Assembly (NCBI GenBank): GCA_009691525.1
Contig: SICG01000003.1
Location: 1-60,631, forward strand
Source: Candidatus Latescibacterota bacterium
GTDB lineage: Bacteria; Latescibacterota; UBA2968; UBA8231
DNA length: 60,631 nucleotides
Direction: 5' to 3'
Shown here: positions 19,936 to 30,285 of the stretch, in pieces
How positions within the stretch are numbered: the stretch's first letter is position 1
Layout of the letters: each line of letters begins with the position of its first letter
Program-made: the position numbers and the translations under genes
Notes under the pieces: model-generated
The model's input: the letters and a program-made list of their open reading frames with translations, nothing else
What the model was told of the DNA's origin: nothing
Databases searched by the model: none

Positions 19936-21066
19936 TTGAAGATCTGTCACCTGATCTACGACGACGTCAAGAACCCCTGGCTGGCGGGTGGGGGTGCGCT
20001 GCGGGCCCGAGAGATCTACCGCCGGCTGGCCGGGCGGCATCAGATCACGGTGGTCACCGGCAATTTCCCCGGCGCAGCGCGCGAAGAGGTGGAGGAGGGG
20101 GTGCGTTTCCTGCGGGTGGGCAGCGATGCCAGTTATATGCGCAGCCGCCTCAGCTACTGTCGGGAAGCCCTGGCCTGTCTGCGGCGGCAGGAATGGGATG
20201 TGTGGGTCCACGAGTTTTCGGCCTTTGCTCCGCTGTGGCCTGCGGTGCGGCTGCGGCGCCGGGGCTTGCTTTTTTTCTACCACTTTGTCGGGGCTCACGC
20301 CTTGGTCAAACACCCGCTGGTGGGCGGCATCGCCTGGGCCGCCGAAGTGCTCACCCTGCGGGGGTACCGGCACCTGGTGACCATCTCCCCCAGCGTGCAG
20401 GAAGAGGTGCGCCGCCGCCTGAAGGGCCGGCCAGTGCAAGTGGACTGCGTGTACACCGGGGTGGATGCCCTCTATTTCGATTTACAGCCCGAAGAAAAGT
20501 CCTACCTGCTCTACTTTGGCCGCATGGATGTACACACCAAGGGACTGGACACGCTCATCGCGGCCTTTGCGCGGGTGGCTCCGCAGTATCCCCAGATCCA
20601 GCTCAAGATGGCTGGGCGCGGGGCTCCTCGTGCCGTAGATCAGGTGCGGCAACTGGTGCGCCAGGCTGGCATTGAGGATCGGGTAGAGTTGCTGGGCGCG
20701 GTGGATGAGGTGCAGAAGGGCGAACTTTTGCGGCAGGCCCTCTTCCTGTGTATGCCCTCGCGCTATGAGGGCTGGGGCATCGCCGCGGTGGAGGCCCAGG
20801 CCGCTGGCAAGGCGGTGCTGGGCACGAGGGTCAGCGGCCTGCGCGACGCCGTGCGCGAGGGGGAGACGGGATTGCTGGTGGAAGCCGGCCAGCCCGAGGC
20901 CCTGGCCCAGGGCATGCGGCAGTTGCTCGACCAGCCCGAGTTGCGGCAGCGCTTAGGCCGGCAGGGGCGGGAATGGGCGCGGCGTTTCGACTGGGACCAG
21001 ATCGGCCGCGACCAGGAAGCAGTCTATTTGAGTATGGCGGCAGCGAACAGCCAAGAGGACAACTGA
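19936..21066 (+). CDS. Glycosyltransferase family 4
   Basis: GGG, YFGR..KG, PSRYEGWGIAAVEA, GETGLLV. Confidence 0.92.
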   Translation: MKICHLIYDDVKNPWLAGGGALRAREIYRRLAGRHQITVVTGNFPGAAREEVEEGVRFLRVGSDASYMRSRLSYCREALACLRRQEWDVWVHEFSAFAPLWPAVRLRRRGLLFFYHFVGAHALVKHPLVGGIAWAAEVLTLRGYRHLVTISPSVQEEVRRRLKGRPVQVDCVYTGVDALYFDLQPEEKSYLLYFGRMDVHTKGLDTLIAAFARVAPQYPQIQLKMAGRGAPRAVDQVRQLVRQAGIEDRVELLGAVDEVQKGELLRQALFLCMPSRYEGWGIAAVEAQAAGKAVLGTRVSGLRDAVREGETGLLVEAGQPEALAQGMRQLLDQPELRQRLGRQGREWARRFDWDQIGRDQEAVYLSMAAANSQEDN

Positions 21067-21067
21067 G

Positions 21068-23545
21068 ATGGCCAAGAGAGCGCCGGGGCAGCCGGCCCCC
21101 CCCAGTGCAGCGGCGACGGTTTCGGGCACTGCCCTGTGGCACCACCCCTGGTTCCCGGCGGCCCTCTTTCTGCTGCTGAGCCTGGTCTACTTCTCCGAGT
21201 TCCTCTTCTCGGGCAAGATCGTCTTTGGCAGCGATGTCGGCACCGACTACCACCGGGGGGAAAGCTCGCTGAGCGCCAAGTTGGGGGAGTTGTCCCAGCC
21301 CATGTGGAGCGAGCGTATGGGCGGCTTCCCTGAGGGGGAGGGCCTGCGCTGGCAGTACTTCCCCACCTTTCCTGTGTACCTGTTTACCACCTTTCAGCGC
21401 CATATCGGCTGGCGCTATATCCTGACGGTGTTCCTGGCCGGCCTGGCCATGTACCTGTACCTGCGCCAACTGGGGATCAGCCGCAGCGCGGCGATCTGGG
21501 CCGGGGTGGCGTACATGTCGGCGCCCACCTTCCTGGCCTTTCCCTATGCCGGGCACTATGCCAAGATGGCGGTAATCGCCCTCTTTCCGCTGATGGGCCT
21601 GATGATCGAACGGGGCATGGACGAGGGGCGGCCGCTCTACTTTGCCGGCCTGGCCCTACTGGTGGCTGCCGGCATCTATTCGCCGCATCTGCAGATGCTC
21701 TACTACGCCCTGTGGGGCTCAGGGTTCTATCTGCTCTTCAAACTCTACCAACTCCACCGGGCCGGCACTCCAAAGCCAGTCCTGGCCCAGCGCACCGGCC
21801 TCTTTGCCATGGCCGTGGTCCTGGGATTGGGCGTGGGTGCCGAGGGTCTCTTCCCCTCTTTCTTTTATACCCGCGGTGAGTCCAAACGTGCCGCCGGCGA
21901 GCAGGGCCGCAGCCCCGAGGAGCAGCTCGAATTCGCCCGCAGCTGGGCCTTACACCCGGAGGAGGTGGGCTCGCTGGTGGTGCCTGAGTTCGGCGGCTTT
22001 GGCGACCCTGGCAAGGCAGAGAATTATTATTGGGGTCGCAATGCTGGCAAATACAACTCCGAGTACTTTGGCATCCTGGTGCTCTTGCTGGCGCTCCTGG
22101 CCCTGCCCCGGCTCAAGGAGCAGTCGCGCCTGGTCTTCATGGGTTTGCTCTTTCTCTTTGCCCTGGGGTACGCGCTGGGACCGCATACCCCGGTACACTG
22201 GCTCTTCTACCAGTTGGCCCCCGGTGCCAAGGTGCTGCGCACCCCGGGCATGATCGCCTTTCTCTTTGCTTTTCCCGCCTGTGTGCTGGCGGCCCACAGC
22301 CTGCACCGCCTGTTCGAAGGAGAGGCGGGCCTGGACCGGCGCCTGCTGATCTGCGGCGGAGCATTGACCGGGCTGACCCTGCTGCTGGCCCTGGCCCCCG
22401 GCGCGCTGACGGGCGTGTGGATCTCGCTTTTCTACGGCGACATCGCCCCGCACAAAAGCCAGATCCTCGAAGCCGGGCTCGACTGGTTGTCGCGCGGCAG
22501 CCTGATCGTGGCCGCGGTGGCCGGGGTGGGCACAGGCCTGCTCTATCTGTGCACCCAGGGGCGGCTGGCCACTGGCTGGCTGCTGGCCGGACTCATCGGC
22601 CTGACCCTGGTGGACACCTGGCGCGTCGACCGGGTCTTTCTCAAGTACGAGGACCCGGTCCGCCACACCGACATCCGCAAAGAGAACCTGCGCACGGTGG
22701 AGTTCATCAAGCGGGATAACCAGCTGTGGCGGGTTTTCCCCCTGCCCGACTACAGCGTGCTTGATCAGTCGGGATACCACCTCTACGGCATTCCCGGCGT
22801 GAGCGGTTTCCACGATTTCACCCTACAGCGCTACGACCGGCTCTTGCAGGAAATCGCCCCGATCAGTTCCTATCTGGGCACCAAGTACTATCGCGGCCAA
22901 CAGGTGCCCTACAGCGATGAGCAACTGCTGGAGGCCATGCATCCGCTGCTGAATCTGCTGAGTGCCCGGTACATCGCCGCTCCCGGTGGCATCGAGTTGA
23001 ATTCGCCCTCCTTCCCCCTGGCCTTCAAAGGCGAACAGTACCTGCTCTACGACAACCCCACGGCTCTGCCCTGGCATAGCCTGGTGCCGGGAGCGCAGGT
23101 GGTGTCCAGCCATGACGAGGCCCTCGAACTGCTCAAGGCAGGCAAGGTGGATCTGCGGCGCACGGTGCTGCTCGAAAAGGAACCGCCCGGCAGTCTGGGC
23201 GGTGAGGGCAACCCGGCCCAGGACCAGGTGGAGCGGCAGGTCTACGATCTGGCCGGGGGCCAGGTATCGCTCAAGACCCGGGCCAATGGCGCACGCCTGC
23301 TGCTGATCGCCGAGAACTTCTTCCCCAACTGGCAGGCCACCGTCGACGGCCAGCCGGCTGAGATCCTGCGTGCCGACTACGTGTGGCAGGCGGTGTACCT
23401 GCCGGCAGGTGAGCACCAGGTGGAGTTGCGATACCATTCGCGGGCCGTGTCCCTCTCGCGCTGGGCCGCCTGGTGGAGCCTGCTGGTGGTGGTCGGGGTG
23501 GGGGTCTGGGATTGGCGGAGGGGGCGCGCCGTCTCCCCCGCATGA
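21068..23545 (+). CDS. YfhO-family polytopic membrane protein (GT-C-like)
   Basis: Many TMs; C-terminal ENFFPNWQATVDG..RADYVWQAVYLPAGEHQVELRY. Confidence 0.85.
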   Translation: MAKRAPGQPAPPSAAATVSGTALWHHPWFPAALFLLLSLVYFSEFLFSGKIVFGSDVGTDYHRGESSLSAKLGELSQPMWSERMGGFPEGEGLRWQYFPTFPVYLFTTFQRHIGWRYILTVFLAGLAMYLYLRQLGISRSAAIWAGVAYMSAPTFLAFPYAGHYAKMAVIALFPLMGLMIERGMDEGRPLYFAGLALLVAAGIYSPHLQMLYYALWGSGFYLLFKLYQLHRAGTPKPVLAQRTGLFAMAVVLGLGVGAEGLFPSFFYTRGESKRAAGEQGRSPEEQLEFARSWALHPEEVGSLVVPEFGGFGDPGKAENYYWGRNAGKYNSEYFGILVLLLALLALPRLKEQSRLVFMGLLFLFALGYALGPHTPVHWLFYQLAPGAKVLRTPGMIAFLFAFPACVLAAHSLHRLFEGEAGLDRRLLICGGALTGLTLLLALAPGALTGVWISLFYGDIAPHKSQILEAGLDWLSRGSLIVAAVAGVGTGLLYLCTQGRLATGWLLAGLIGLTLVDTWRVDRVFLKYEDPVRHTDIRKENLRTVEFIKRDNQLWRVFPLPDYSVLDQSGYHLYGIPGVSGFHDFTLQRYDRLLQEIAPISSYLGTKYYRGQQVPYSDEQLLEAMHPLLNLLSARYIAAPGGIELNSPSFPLAFKGEQYLLYDNPTALPWHSLVPGAQVVSSHDEALELLKAGKVDLRRTVLLEKEPPGSLGGEGNPAQDQVERQVYDLAGGQVSLKTRANGARLLLIAENFFPNWQATVDGQPAEILRADYVWQAVYLPAGEHQVELRYHSRAVSLSRWAAWWSLLVVVGVGVWDWRRGRAVSPA

Positions 23546-25014
23546 GTACCCCGCAGAAACTCCTCAAGGGGTTTCTCTACACCCTGGGCAGCGGGTACCT
23601 GGCCCGCCTGGCCAGCGTAGTCCTCACCATCCTGATCAAAAACCAGCTGACGACCTCGCCCTTTGAGGACGCGGTGCTGGGGGTGACCCTTTTCACCCTG
23701 CTGGCCAGCCCGCGCGAGTTCGGGCTGATGTACGCCCTGCTGCATTTCCAGGAAAAGAGCCGCACCTTCGTCCAGACCCACTTCACCCTCAACCTGATCG
23801 TCTGCGGCCTGACCCTGCTCCTGGCGTTGTTGGCGATGGGGGTGCTGCACGCCCTGTGGCCCCAGAAGTTCACCGGCGCGGCCACACTGGTGGCCTGCGT
23901 TTTCTCGGCGCTCTTCTTTTTGCGCAACCTCACCCTGACCGCCGAAGGTCTTCTGCGCCTGGACTTCGAGTTCGGCCGGCTCTCCCTCTTTCACGGCCTG
24001 GGCACGGTGTTGTCCCTGGTCTGCGCCCTGGCGGCGGCCTGGGCCGGCTGGGGGGTGTGGAGCCTGATCCTGGGCGGCTGGAGCACCTATTCGGTGTTCA
24101 GCCTGGTCTATACCTGTTTCTACGCCGGGGCCGTGGGCCTGAGCCGGCCCCAGGGTTTTGGCCGCCTGCAGCTGGACCCGGTCTGGAAGCGGCGCCTGCT
24201 GGGATATGGGGTATGGATCTGGGTGGGTTGGATGCTGCAGACCTTTGTGTTGTGGTACGACAAGCTAATAGTGGGCCTGATGGTGGGCGGAGACGAGGTG
24301 GCGCTATACGAACACGCCTGGTTCTGGGTGCAGATCCCCACGGCGATCCTCACCCACATCATCTTCAACTACACCAGCACCCTGTACTCGCGCTACCAGC
24401 ACGACCGCCCGCGCCTGAGCGAGGTGTTCTCGCGCATGATCAGCCTGGAGGTGTGGATCGCCTGGCCCCTGGCCCTGGTGCTGGTGTTCAATGCCCGCGA
24501 GGTACTGGCGCTGACGCCAAAGTGGGAGGGCTCGGCGTCGATGATTACCTGGCTGGCGGGGTATGCCTTTTTGCGGCCGCTCATGGATGACTGTTTCGGC
24601 TTGCTCTGGGCCGTGGGTGGCACGCGGCTGAGCGCCTGGCTCATGGGATTGCAGGCGCTGGTGGCCGCAGTGCTGGTGCCGGCGATGGCCGCAGGGTGGG
24701 GGGTGCAGGGGGTGGCCTACGGTATGGGCGCGGTGGCGGCCACCGGGTTGCTCAGTTTGTTCTGGGGCGTGCGGCGCTACGTCAATGTGTCGTGGCCCAA
24801 AATCTTTGGCGCTCCGCTGCTGGGGCTGGGGTTGGCTGCCAGTGCCGGGATGGGCTATGCCACTATTGCCCAGGGCCAGGCCCTGGTGGACTTTGTGCTG
24901 CGCAGTGCGCTGATGGTGGGGATCTACGCCGGGGTGGTGGGATTGCTGGAGCGGCGGCAGATCGCCGAGAGTGTGGCCCAGGTGCGCCGGCTGCTGGCGG
25001 AGCGGCGCGCATGA
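23542..25014 (+). CDS. Wzx-like oligosaccharide flippase
   Basis: About 12 TMs, GWGVWSLI, YDKLIVG; ATGA coupling to YfhO gene. Confidence 0.8.
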   Translation: MSTPQKLLKGFLYTLGSGYLARLASVVLTILIKNQLTTSPFEDAVLGVTLFTLLASPREFGLMYALLHFQEKSRTFVQTHFTLNLIVCGLTLLLALLAMGVLHALWPQKFTGAATLVACVFSALFFLRNLTLTAEGLLRLDFEFGRLSLFHGLGTVLSLVCALAAAWAGWGVWSLILGGWSTYSVFSLVYTCFYAGAVGLSRPQGFGRLQLDPVWKRRLLGYGVWIWVGWMLQTFVLWYDKLIVGLMVGGDEVALYEHAWFWVQIPTAILTHIIFNYTSTLYSRYQHDRPRLSEVFSRMISLEVWIAWPLALVLVFNAREVLALTPKWEGSASMITWLAGYAFLRPLMDDCFGLLWAVGGTRLSAWLMGLQALVAAVLVPAMAAGWGVQGVAYGMGAVAATGLLSLFWGVRRYVNVSWPKIFGAPLLGLGLAASAGMGYATIAQGQALVDFVLRSALMVGIYAGVVGLLERRQIAESVAQVRRLLAERRA

Positions 25015-25835
25015 CCCCCGAACTTTCCATCATTATTGTCAGCCACAATGCCCGGCAATGGCTGGGGCAGTGCCTGGGATCGCTGCACGCCCACTCCGAG
25101 GTGGCGGCCGAGGTCATCGTGGTCGAGAACTGCTCGGACGATGGCAGCGGGGAACTGGTGCGGGAGCAATTCCCCGAGGTGAAGCTCTTGTGCAATGCGC
25201 AGCGCCTGGGCTTTGCCGCCAACAACCAGATCGGCGCCCTGGCCAGCAGCGCCCCGCTGCTGCTCTTCCTCAATCCCGACACTGAGGTGCCGCCCGGCAG
25301 CCTGCGGGCCATGCTCGAGGTGGTGGCGCGGCATCCCGAATGCGGGGTCTTTGGCAGCCGGCTGCTCGATGGAGAAGGCGAGGTGGAGCGCTCGGTGGGC
25401 CGTTTCCCCACCCTGGTCAGTATCTTTCTGGACCGCCTCCTCCAATCTTTGCCCCTGTTCCAGCCCGCACTGGACCACTATTCCCAGCGGCACTATCGCG
25501 GGTACGAAGACCAGCGCAATGTGGATTGGGTGACCGGCGCGGCCCTGTGGATACGCCGCGAGACCTTGAGCCGAGCTGGCGGCTGGGACGGGGAGCACTT
25601 CTTTATGTACTACGAGGATGTGGACCTGTGTTACCGGGCGCGGCAGGCGGGATTCAAAGTCCGCTACATCCCGCAGTCTGAGCTTTTCCATTATCACAAC
25701 AAGGCGCCGGTAGACCCATGCCAGCGCAAGACCTGGATGCGCCAGAGCCAGGGTATCTTCATGCGCAAGCACTACGGGCCATTGCGGGGCCGGCTCTATC
25801 CCCTGCTCCTGCGGCTCTTCTATAGGATGAAGTAG
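25011..25835 (+). CDS. Glycosyltransferase family 2
   Basis: LSIIIVSHN, GFAANN, LNPD, DWVTGA, FMYYEDVDLC. Confidence 0.9.
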   Translation: MTPELSIIIVSHNARQWLGQCLGSLHAHSEVAAEVIVVENCSDDGSGELVREQFPEVKLLCNAQRLGFAANNQIGALASSAPLLLFLNPDTEVPPGSLRAMLEVVARHPECGVFGSRLLDGEGEVERSVGRFPTLVSIFLDRLLQSLPLFQPALDHYSQRHYRGYEDQRNVDWVTGAALWIRRETLSRAGGWDGEHFFMYYEDVDLCYRARQAGFKVRYIPQSELFHYHNKAPVDPCQRKTWMRQSQGIFMRKHYGPLRGRLYPLLLRLFYRMK

Positions 25836-25836
25836 G

Positions 25837-26349
25837 ATGACCGCTGCCTTTGTCTGGACACCCTCTGGGCCGCAGCCTCTAGACGAACTCCTGTCAGCCA
25901 GACAGGGCTGGCGGGAGGAGGGGCGGGTGGTGATCAGCACCAACGGCTGCTTCGATCTCCTGCACCCGGGGCATGTGCGTTTTCTGCAGCAGGCCAGAGC
26001 CCAGGGCGAGGTGCTGATCGTGGGGCTCAACAGCGACGAATCGGTGCGCCAGCTCAAGGGGCCGGGCCGGCCCCTGCTGGGCCAGGAGGACCGGGCGGCG
26101 ATGCTGGCTGCGCTGCGCTGCGTGGACCACGTGGTGGTCTTCTCCCAGCCCCTGGCCAACGATCTCTTGGCCCTGCTCCGGCCCGATATCCACTGCAAGG
26201 GGGGCGACTACACCGCCGAGGCCCTGCCCGAGGCCGAGGTGATCCGCCAGGGCGGCGGCCAGATCCGCATCCTGCCCTTTGCCGAGGGGTACTCGACCAC
26301 CGGGCTGCTGGGCGCCCTTCGCAAAGGGCATCCCCCTGCTGGCGGCTGA
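25837..26349 (+). CDS. RfaE domain II-like sugar-phosphate nucleotidyltransferase
   Basis: TNGCFDLLHPGH, VGLNSDESV, KGGDY, STT. Confidence 0.9.
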   Translation: MTAAFVWTPSGPQPLDELLSARQGWREEGRVVISTNGCFDLLHPGHVRFLQQARAQGEVLIVGLNSDESVRQLKGPGRPLLGQEDRAAMLAALRCVDHVVVFSQPLANDLLALLRPDIHCKGGDYTAEALPEAEVIRQGGGQIRILPFAEGYSTTGLLGALRKGHPPAGG

Positions 26350-26365
26350 AGAGCGCCGCCGGATT

Positions 26366-27271
26366 CTACCGGTGGTACTTCTTCAGCCAGGGCAGGATGA
26401 TCTTCTTCTGGTCCTCCACCAGGATCACGTGCTCGCATTCCTGCCAGACTTGTTGTTTGGGGTTGTCGCGCAGCAGGGCAAAGACATCCTCGGAGGACTG
26501 CCGGCTGAAGTACTGGTCCTGGGTGGCGTTGACCATCAGCACTGGGGCGCTGATCCGGGGGGCGAAGTTGAGGGTGTGGGAAAAACCCCAGAACTTGTCG
26601 TCGGTGCCACCCTCCCACACTTCAGAACCCATGACGATGAGCACCACCGCCGCAAAGCGCTTTTCAAGCCCCGCCACCCGGATGCCGATCATGCCCCCCA
26701 TGCTCTCGCCCATCAGGGCGATCCGGGTAGTGTCCACCTCAGGCCGCGAATACAGGTAGTCGATGGCCCGGCGGGTGTCGATGACCTGCTGGGTAGTCAC
26801 GTCGCGCCATTCGTACTGCCCCTTGTCCGTGTTTTGCTCGGGTCCCATGCGCTCACCGTATCCGTAGGCATCAATGGCCAGGGCGCAGATCTTCTCTTTC
26901 CCCAGAATATCCACCCAGGAATTGCCCCAGATGTGGTTGGTGCCTTGGGAGTGGTTGTCGCCGTGTAACAAGATTACCGCCGGGTAGCGGGTAGAGGTGC
27001 TGTCGCGGGGATGGGCGAAGAAGCCGGTGACCACCGCGTCGTGGACGCTGCGGAAGTTGACCTTGTCCACGGCGTAGGGCAGTTCGCGGCCGTTGTAAAT
27101 GCGAGTGTCCAGCACCTTGGCGTGTAAGGGTAGGGGGTGGTCGTATTCGTACTGCTCGGCGTACTGGGCAAAGGTGGCGTCGTCCACCGGGATGCGGTTG
27201 ACCGGCGGCTCCTGGGCGGCGGTCCAGGAGCACAGACTGAGGCTGAGCAAGAGCAGGACGAGATGCTTCAT
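26366..27271 (-). CDS. Secreted alpha/beta hydrolase (esterase/peptidase-like)
   Basis: Signal MKHLVLLL, GESMGG nucleophile elbow, downstream Asp and His; GGAGG RBS. Confidence 0.85.
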   Translation of the reverse strand: MKHLVLLLLSLSLCSWTAAQEPPVNRIPVDDATFAQYAEQYEYDHPLPLHAKVLDTRIYNGRELPYAVDKVNFRSVHDAVVTGFFAHPRDSTSTRYPAVILLHGDNHSQGTNHIWGNSWVDILGKEKICALAIDAYGYGERMGPEQNTDKGQYEWRDVTTQQVIDTRRAIDYLYSRPEVDTTRIALMGESMGGMIGIRVAGLEKRFAAVVLIVMGSEVWEGGTDDKFWGFSHTLNFAPRISAPVLMVNATQDQYFSRQSSEDVFALLRDNPKQQVWQECEHVILVEDQKKIILPWLKKYHR

Positions 27272-27435
27272 GACGGGGTCCTCCATTGAAAAAGTCGTCG
27301 AATGGGCGGGCGCAATATAAGATGGTCTGTCGAACAATGCCAAGGGGGAACTTGACCTGGCCTCGGGGTGTGCCTAATCTGAGGCCGTCGCCCAATGAGC
27401 CTTTGCCCGTTCACCTCAAAGAGAGGTCAGTTCCG

Positions 27436-28626
27436 ATGAAGATCACCGATCTGAAGTGCGCCATCTTCGGCCAAAACCCCGTGGTGCGCATCGTCACCGA
27501 CCAGGGCCTCAGCGGCTATGGAGAGGTGGAGGCCAGCAAGCCCTACCTCAAACCCCATGTGCTTTACTACAAGCAGTTCATCCTCGGAGAAGACCCCACC
27601 GACGTGGAGCGGGTGATGCTCAAGATCCGCAAGCTGGGCAGCTTCAAGCCCTGGGGCAGCGCGGTGAGCGCCATCGAGATGGCCCTGTGGGATCTGGCCG
27701 GCAAGGCGGCGGGCCTGCCGGTGTACAAGCTGTTGGGCGGCAAGATCCGCGACAAGGTGCTGGTCTACAACGGTGCGGTGCGTTTCCCCCTGGCCGATTC
27801 CTCGCCCCAGGCCCATGCCGAGAACGTGGCCAAGATGAAGGCGAGTCCGGAAAAGTTCAGCATCATCAAGCAGGGCATCGCCTTCCACAGCCAGATGCCC
27901 CAGGAAGTGCCCAACTACATGTACGGAGAGGTGCGCAGTGGCAGTCCGTACGCCAGCCGTGGCCTGCTCACCGAACGGGGGCTCAAACACGTGGTCGCCT
28001 GTGTCGAGGCGATGAAAAAGGTGCTGGGGGACGAGGTGGGATTGGCCCTGGATTGCGGTCCGGGTTGGACCGTGCCAGATGCCATCCGCCTGGCCAAGGC
28101 GGTGGAGCCCTTCAATGTGATGTGGCTGGAGGACATGCTCACGGGCGACTACACCCCGTACGTGCAGGCCGATCTGTACCGTGAGGTCACCCGCAGCACC
28201 ACCACGCCGATCCACACCGGCGAGCAGATCTACCTGCGGCAGAACTTTCAGGAGTTGATCGAGAAACGGGCGGTGAGCATTGTGGGGCCAGATCCTTGCG
28301 ATGTGGGCGGCATCGCCGAACTCAAGTGGATCGCCGAATACGCCGACTTACACGGGGTCCTGATGGCCCCCCACGGCATTGGCAACGGTTTGCTGGGCCT
28401 GGCGGCCCTGGTGCAGGTGGCAGCGGCCATGCCGCAGAACTACATCGCCTTCGAGTACCCCACGGGCCGGCCCGAGTGGTGGTACGATATCGTCGATGGT
28501 GTGCCCGATCCCATCGTCAAGGATAGCTACATCCAGGTGTGGGACCGCCCGGGCATGGGCATCGAGCTGAACGAGAAGGCGGCGCGGAAATATCTGCGGG
28601 AGGAAGACGGGGATTTCTTTGATTGA
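27436..28626 (+). CDS. Mandelate racemase/muconate lactonizing enzyme family protein
   Basis: SAIEMALWDLAGK, LLGG, WLED, GEQ, APH, PGMGIE. Confidence 0.9.
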   Translation: MKITDLKCAIFGQNPVVRIVTDQGLSGYGEVEASKPYLKPHVLYYKQFILGEDPTDVERVMLKIRKLGSFKPWGSAVSAIEMALWDLAGKAAGLPVYKLLGGKIRDKVLVYNGAVRFPLADSSPQAHAENVAKMKASPEKFSIIKQGIAFHSQMPQEVPNYMYGEVRSGSPYASRGLLTERGLKHVVACVEAMKKVLGDEVGLALDCGPGWTVPDAIRLAKAVEPFNVMWLEDMLTGDYTPYVQADLYREVTRSTTTPIHTGEQIYLRQNFQELIEKRAVSIVGPDPCDVGGIAELKWIAEYADLHGVLMAPHGIGNGLLGLAALVQVAAAMPQNYIAFEYPTGRPEWWYDIVDGVPDPIVKDSYIQVWDRPGMGIELNEKAARKYLREEDGDFFD

Positions 28627-28629
28627 GGC

Positions 28630-28965
28630 TTAGCCCTGCTCGCGCAGGAGTTCGAAGGTGTAGATGCCGTGGTCGTGGCCGTCGGCCCAGGTGATGCGCA
28701 GGCCGTAGCGGCCCACCAACTCCCAGCCGGAGGCTTGGGCGGTGGCGGTGGCGGCCGCGTCGCTGAGCATGGGCAACTCAAGGGGGCCCGGCGGGGGCGG
28801 GGTCTGCACCCCGGGCTCTTCGCGCAGGGCGCGGCACAGGGCGCAGGGACAGTTGCGGCGCAGCGCTTCCAGGGAGTAGCGGCTCTCGCTGCCATCCTGC
28901 CAGCGGATGGCCAGCTCGGTCTCGCTCAGTCCGATTTCGGCGGGTCTTTTTTTGGGCAAGTTCAC
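28630..28965 (-). CDS. DUF971-family protein
   Basis: LRRNCPCALC, VGRYGLRITWADGHDHGIY. Confidence 0.88.
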   Translation of the reverse strand: MNLPKKRPAEIGLSETELAIRWQDGSESRYSLEALRRNCPCALCRALREEPGVQTPPPPGPLELPMLSDAAATATAQASGWELVGRYGLRITWADGHDHGIYTFELLREQG

Positions 28966-30281
28966 GGGGCTGATTGCAGAGCGCGGGCGCTCAGTTCGTA
29001 GGGGGCGGCGCCGGTGATCTCCACCTGGGCGAACTGTCCCACCTCGACCGGACCCTCGATAAGCACCTGGCCGTCGATTTCGGGGGCGTCCCGCTCCATG
29101 CGGCCCAGGTGCTGGCCCTCGGGGGTGCGCTCGTCCACCATTACCTGCTGGCGGGTGCCCACCAGGCCGTGGTTGAGTTCGCCGGAGATGTGCTCCTGCA
29201 ATGCGGAGATGCGGCGGTAGCGCTCGGCCACGACCTCTTCCTCTACTTCTCCCTCCAACAGATACGCGCTGGTGCCTTCTTCGGGAGAGTAGAGGAAGGC
29301 AGTGGCGTAGTCGAAGCGGGTTTGCGCGACAAAGGCCAGCAACTCCTCGAACTGCGCCTCGCTCTCCCCCGGAAAACCGACGATGAAGGAGGAGCGCAGC
29401 CCCACGCCGGGGATGCGCCCGCGCAGCTCGTCAAGCAGGTCGAGGGTTTTCTGGCGGGTGGTGGCCCGCTTCATGCGGCGCAGCACCGGGTCGGCGATGT
29501 GCTGCAGGGGCATGTCGATGTACTTGCAGACCTTGGGATGATCGGCGAAGAGGGTGATCATCTCTTCGGTCCAGAAGGCCGGATAGGTGTACATCAGCCT
29601 CAGCCACTCGATGCCCTCGATGGTGCCCAACTTTTCCATGAGCGGCACCAGTTGGGCCCGCCCGTACAGGTCGGCCCCATAGCGCACCGAATCCTGGGAG
29701 ATCAGCACCAGCTCGCGCACGCCCCTCTCGGCCAGGTGCCGGGCTTCCTCCACCAGTTTATCCACCGGCTCGCTGTGGTGTTTGCCGCGGATGGCGGGGA
29801 TGGCGCAAAAGGCGCACTGGTGGTCGCAGCCGTCGGAGATGCGCAAATAAGCCCAGTGGCGCGGGGTCAGTTGCAGGCGGGGGGTGCTCTCGATATAGGA
29901 ATCCCGAGTCCTGCCTAGGGCGCGGTCCACGTGCGCGGCGATGTTGGCTTCTTCGGCCAGGGGCAGGATCTGGTCGGCCTCGGGCAACTCGATCTGCAAC
30001 TCTTCCTGGTAGCGCTGGGCCAGACAGCCGGTGGCGATCACCGCCTGGACGCGGCCCTCGGCCTTGAGGCGGTGGGCTTCGAGGATGGCCTGGATGGACT
30101 CCTCCTTGGCCGGGCCAATGAAGCCGCAGGTGTTCACCACCACCACGTCGGCTTCGTGCGGGTCTGAGGTCAGCTCGTAGCCGTTGCCCTGGAGCAGGCC
30201 GCTCATCTTTTCCGAGTCCACCAGGTTCTTGGGACAACCGAGGTTGACCAGGTGGACCTTATAGGGTTTGGTCTGGGTCAT
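28962..30281 (-). CDS. rimO: Ribosomal protein S12 methylthiotransferase
   Basis: LGCPKNLVDSE, NTCGFI, GCDHQCAFC, APEIDG. Confidence 0.95.
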   Translation of the reverse strand: MTQTKPYKVHLVNLGCPKNLVDSEKMSGLLQGNGYELTSDPHEADVVVVNTCGFIGPAKEESIQAILEAHRLKAEGRVQAVIATGCLAQRYQEELQIELPEADQILPLAEEANIAAHVDRALGRTRDSYIESTPRLQLTPRHWAYLRISDGCDHQCAFCAIPAIRGKHHSEPVDKLVEEARHLAERGVRELVLISQDSVRYGADLYGRAQLVPLMEKLGTIEGIEWLRLMYTYPAFWTEEMITLFADHPKVCKYIDMPLQHIADPVLRRMKRATTRQKTLDLLDELRGRIPGVGLRSSFIVGFPGESEAQFEELLAFVAQTRFDYATAFLYSPEEGTSAYLLEGEVEEEVVAERYRRISALQEHISGELNHGLVGTRQQVMVDERTPEGQHLGRMERDAPEIDGQVLIEGPVEVGQFAQVEITGAAPYELSARALQSAP

Positions 30282-30285
30282 GGGT

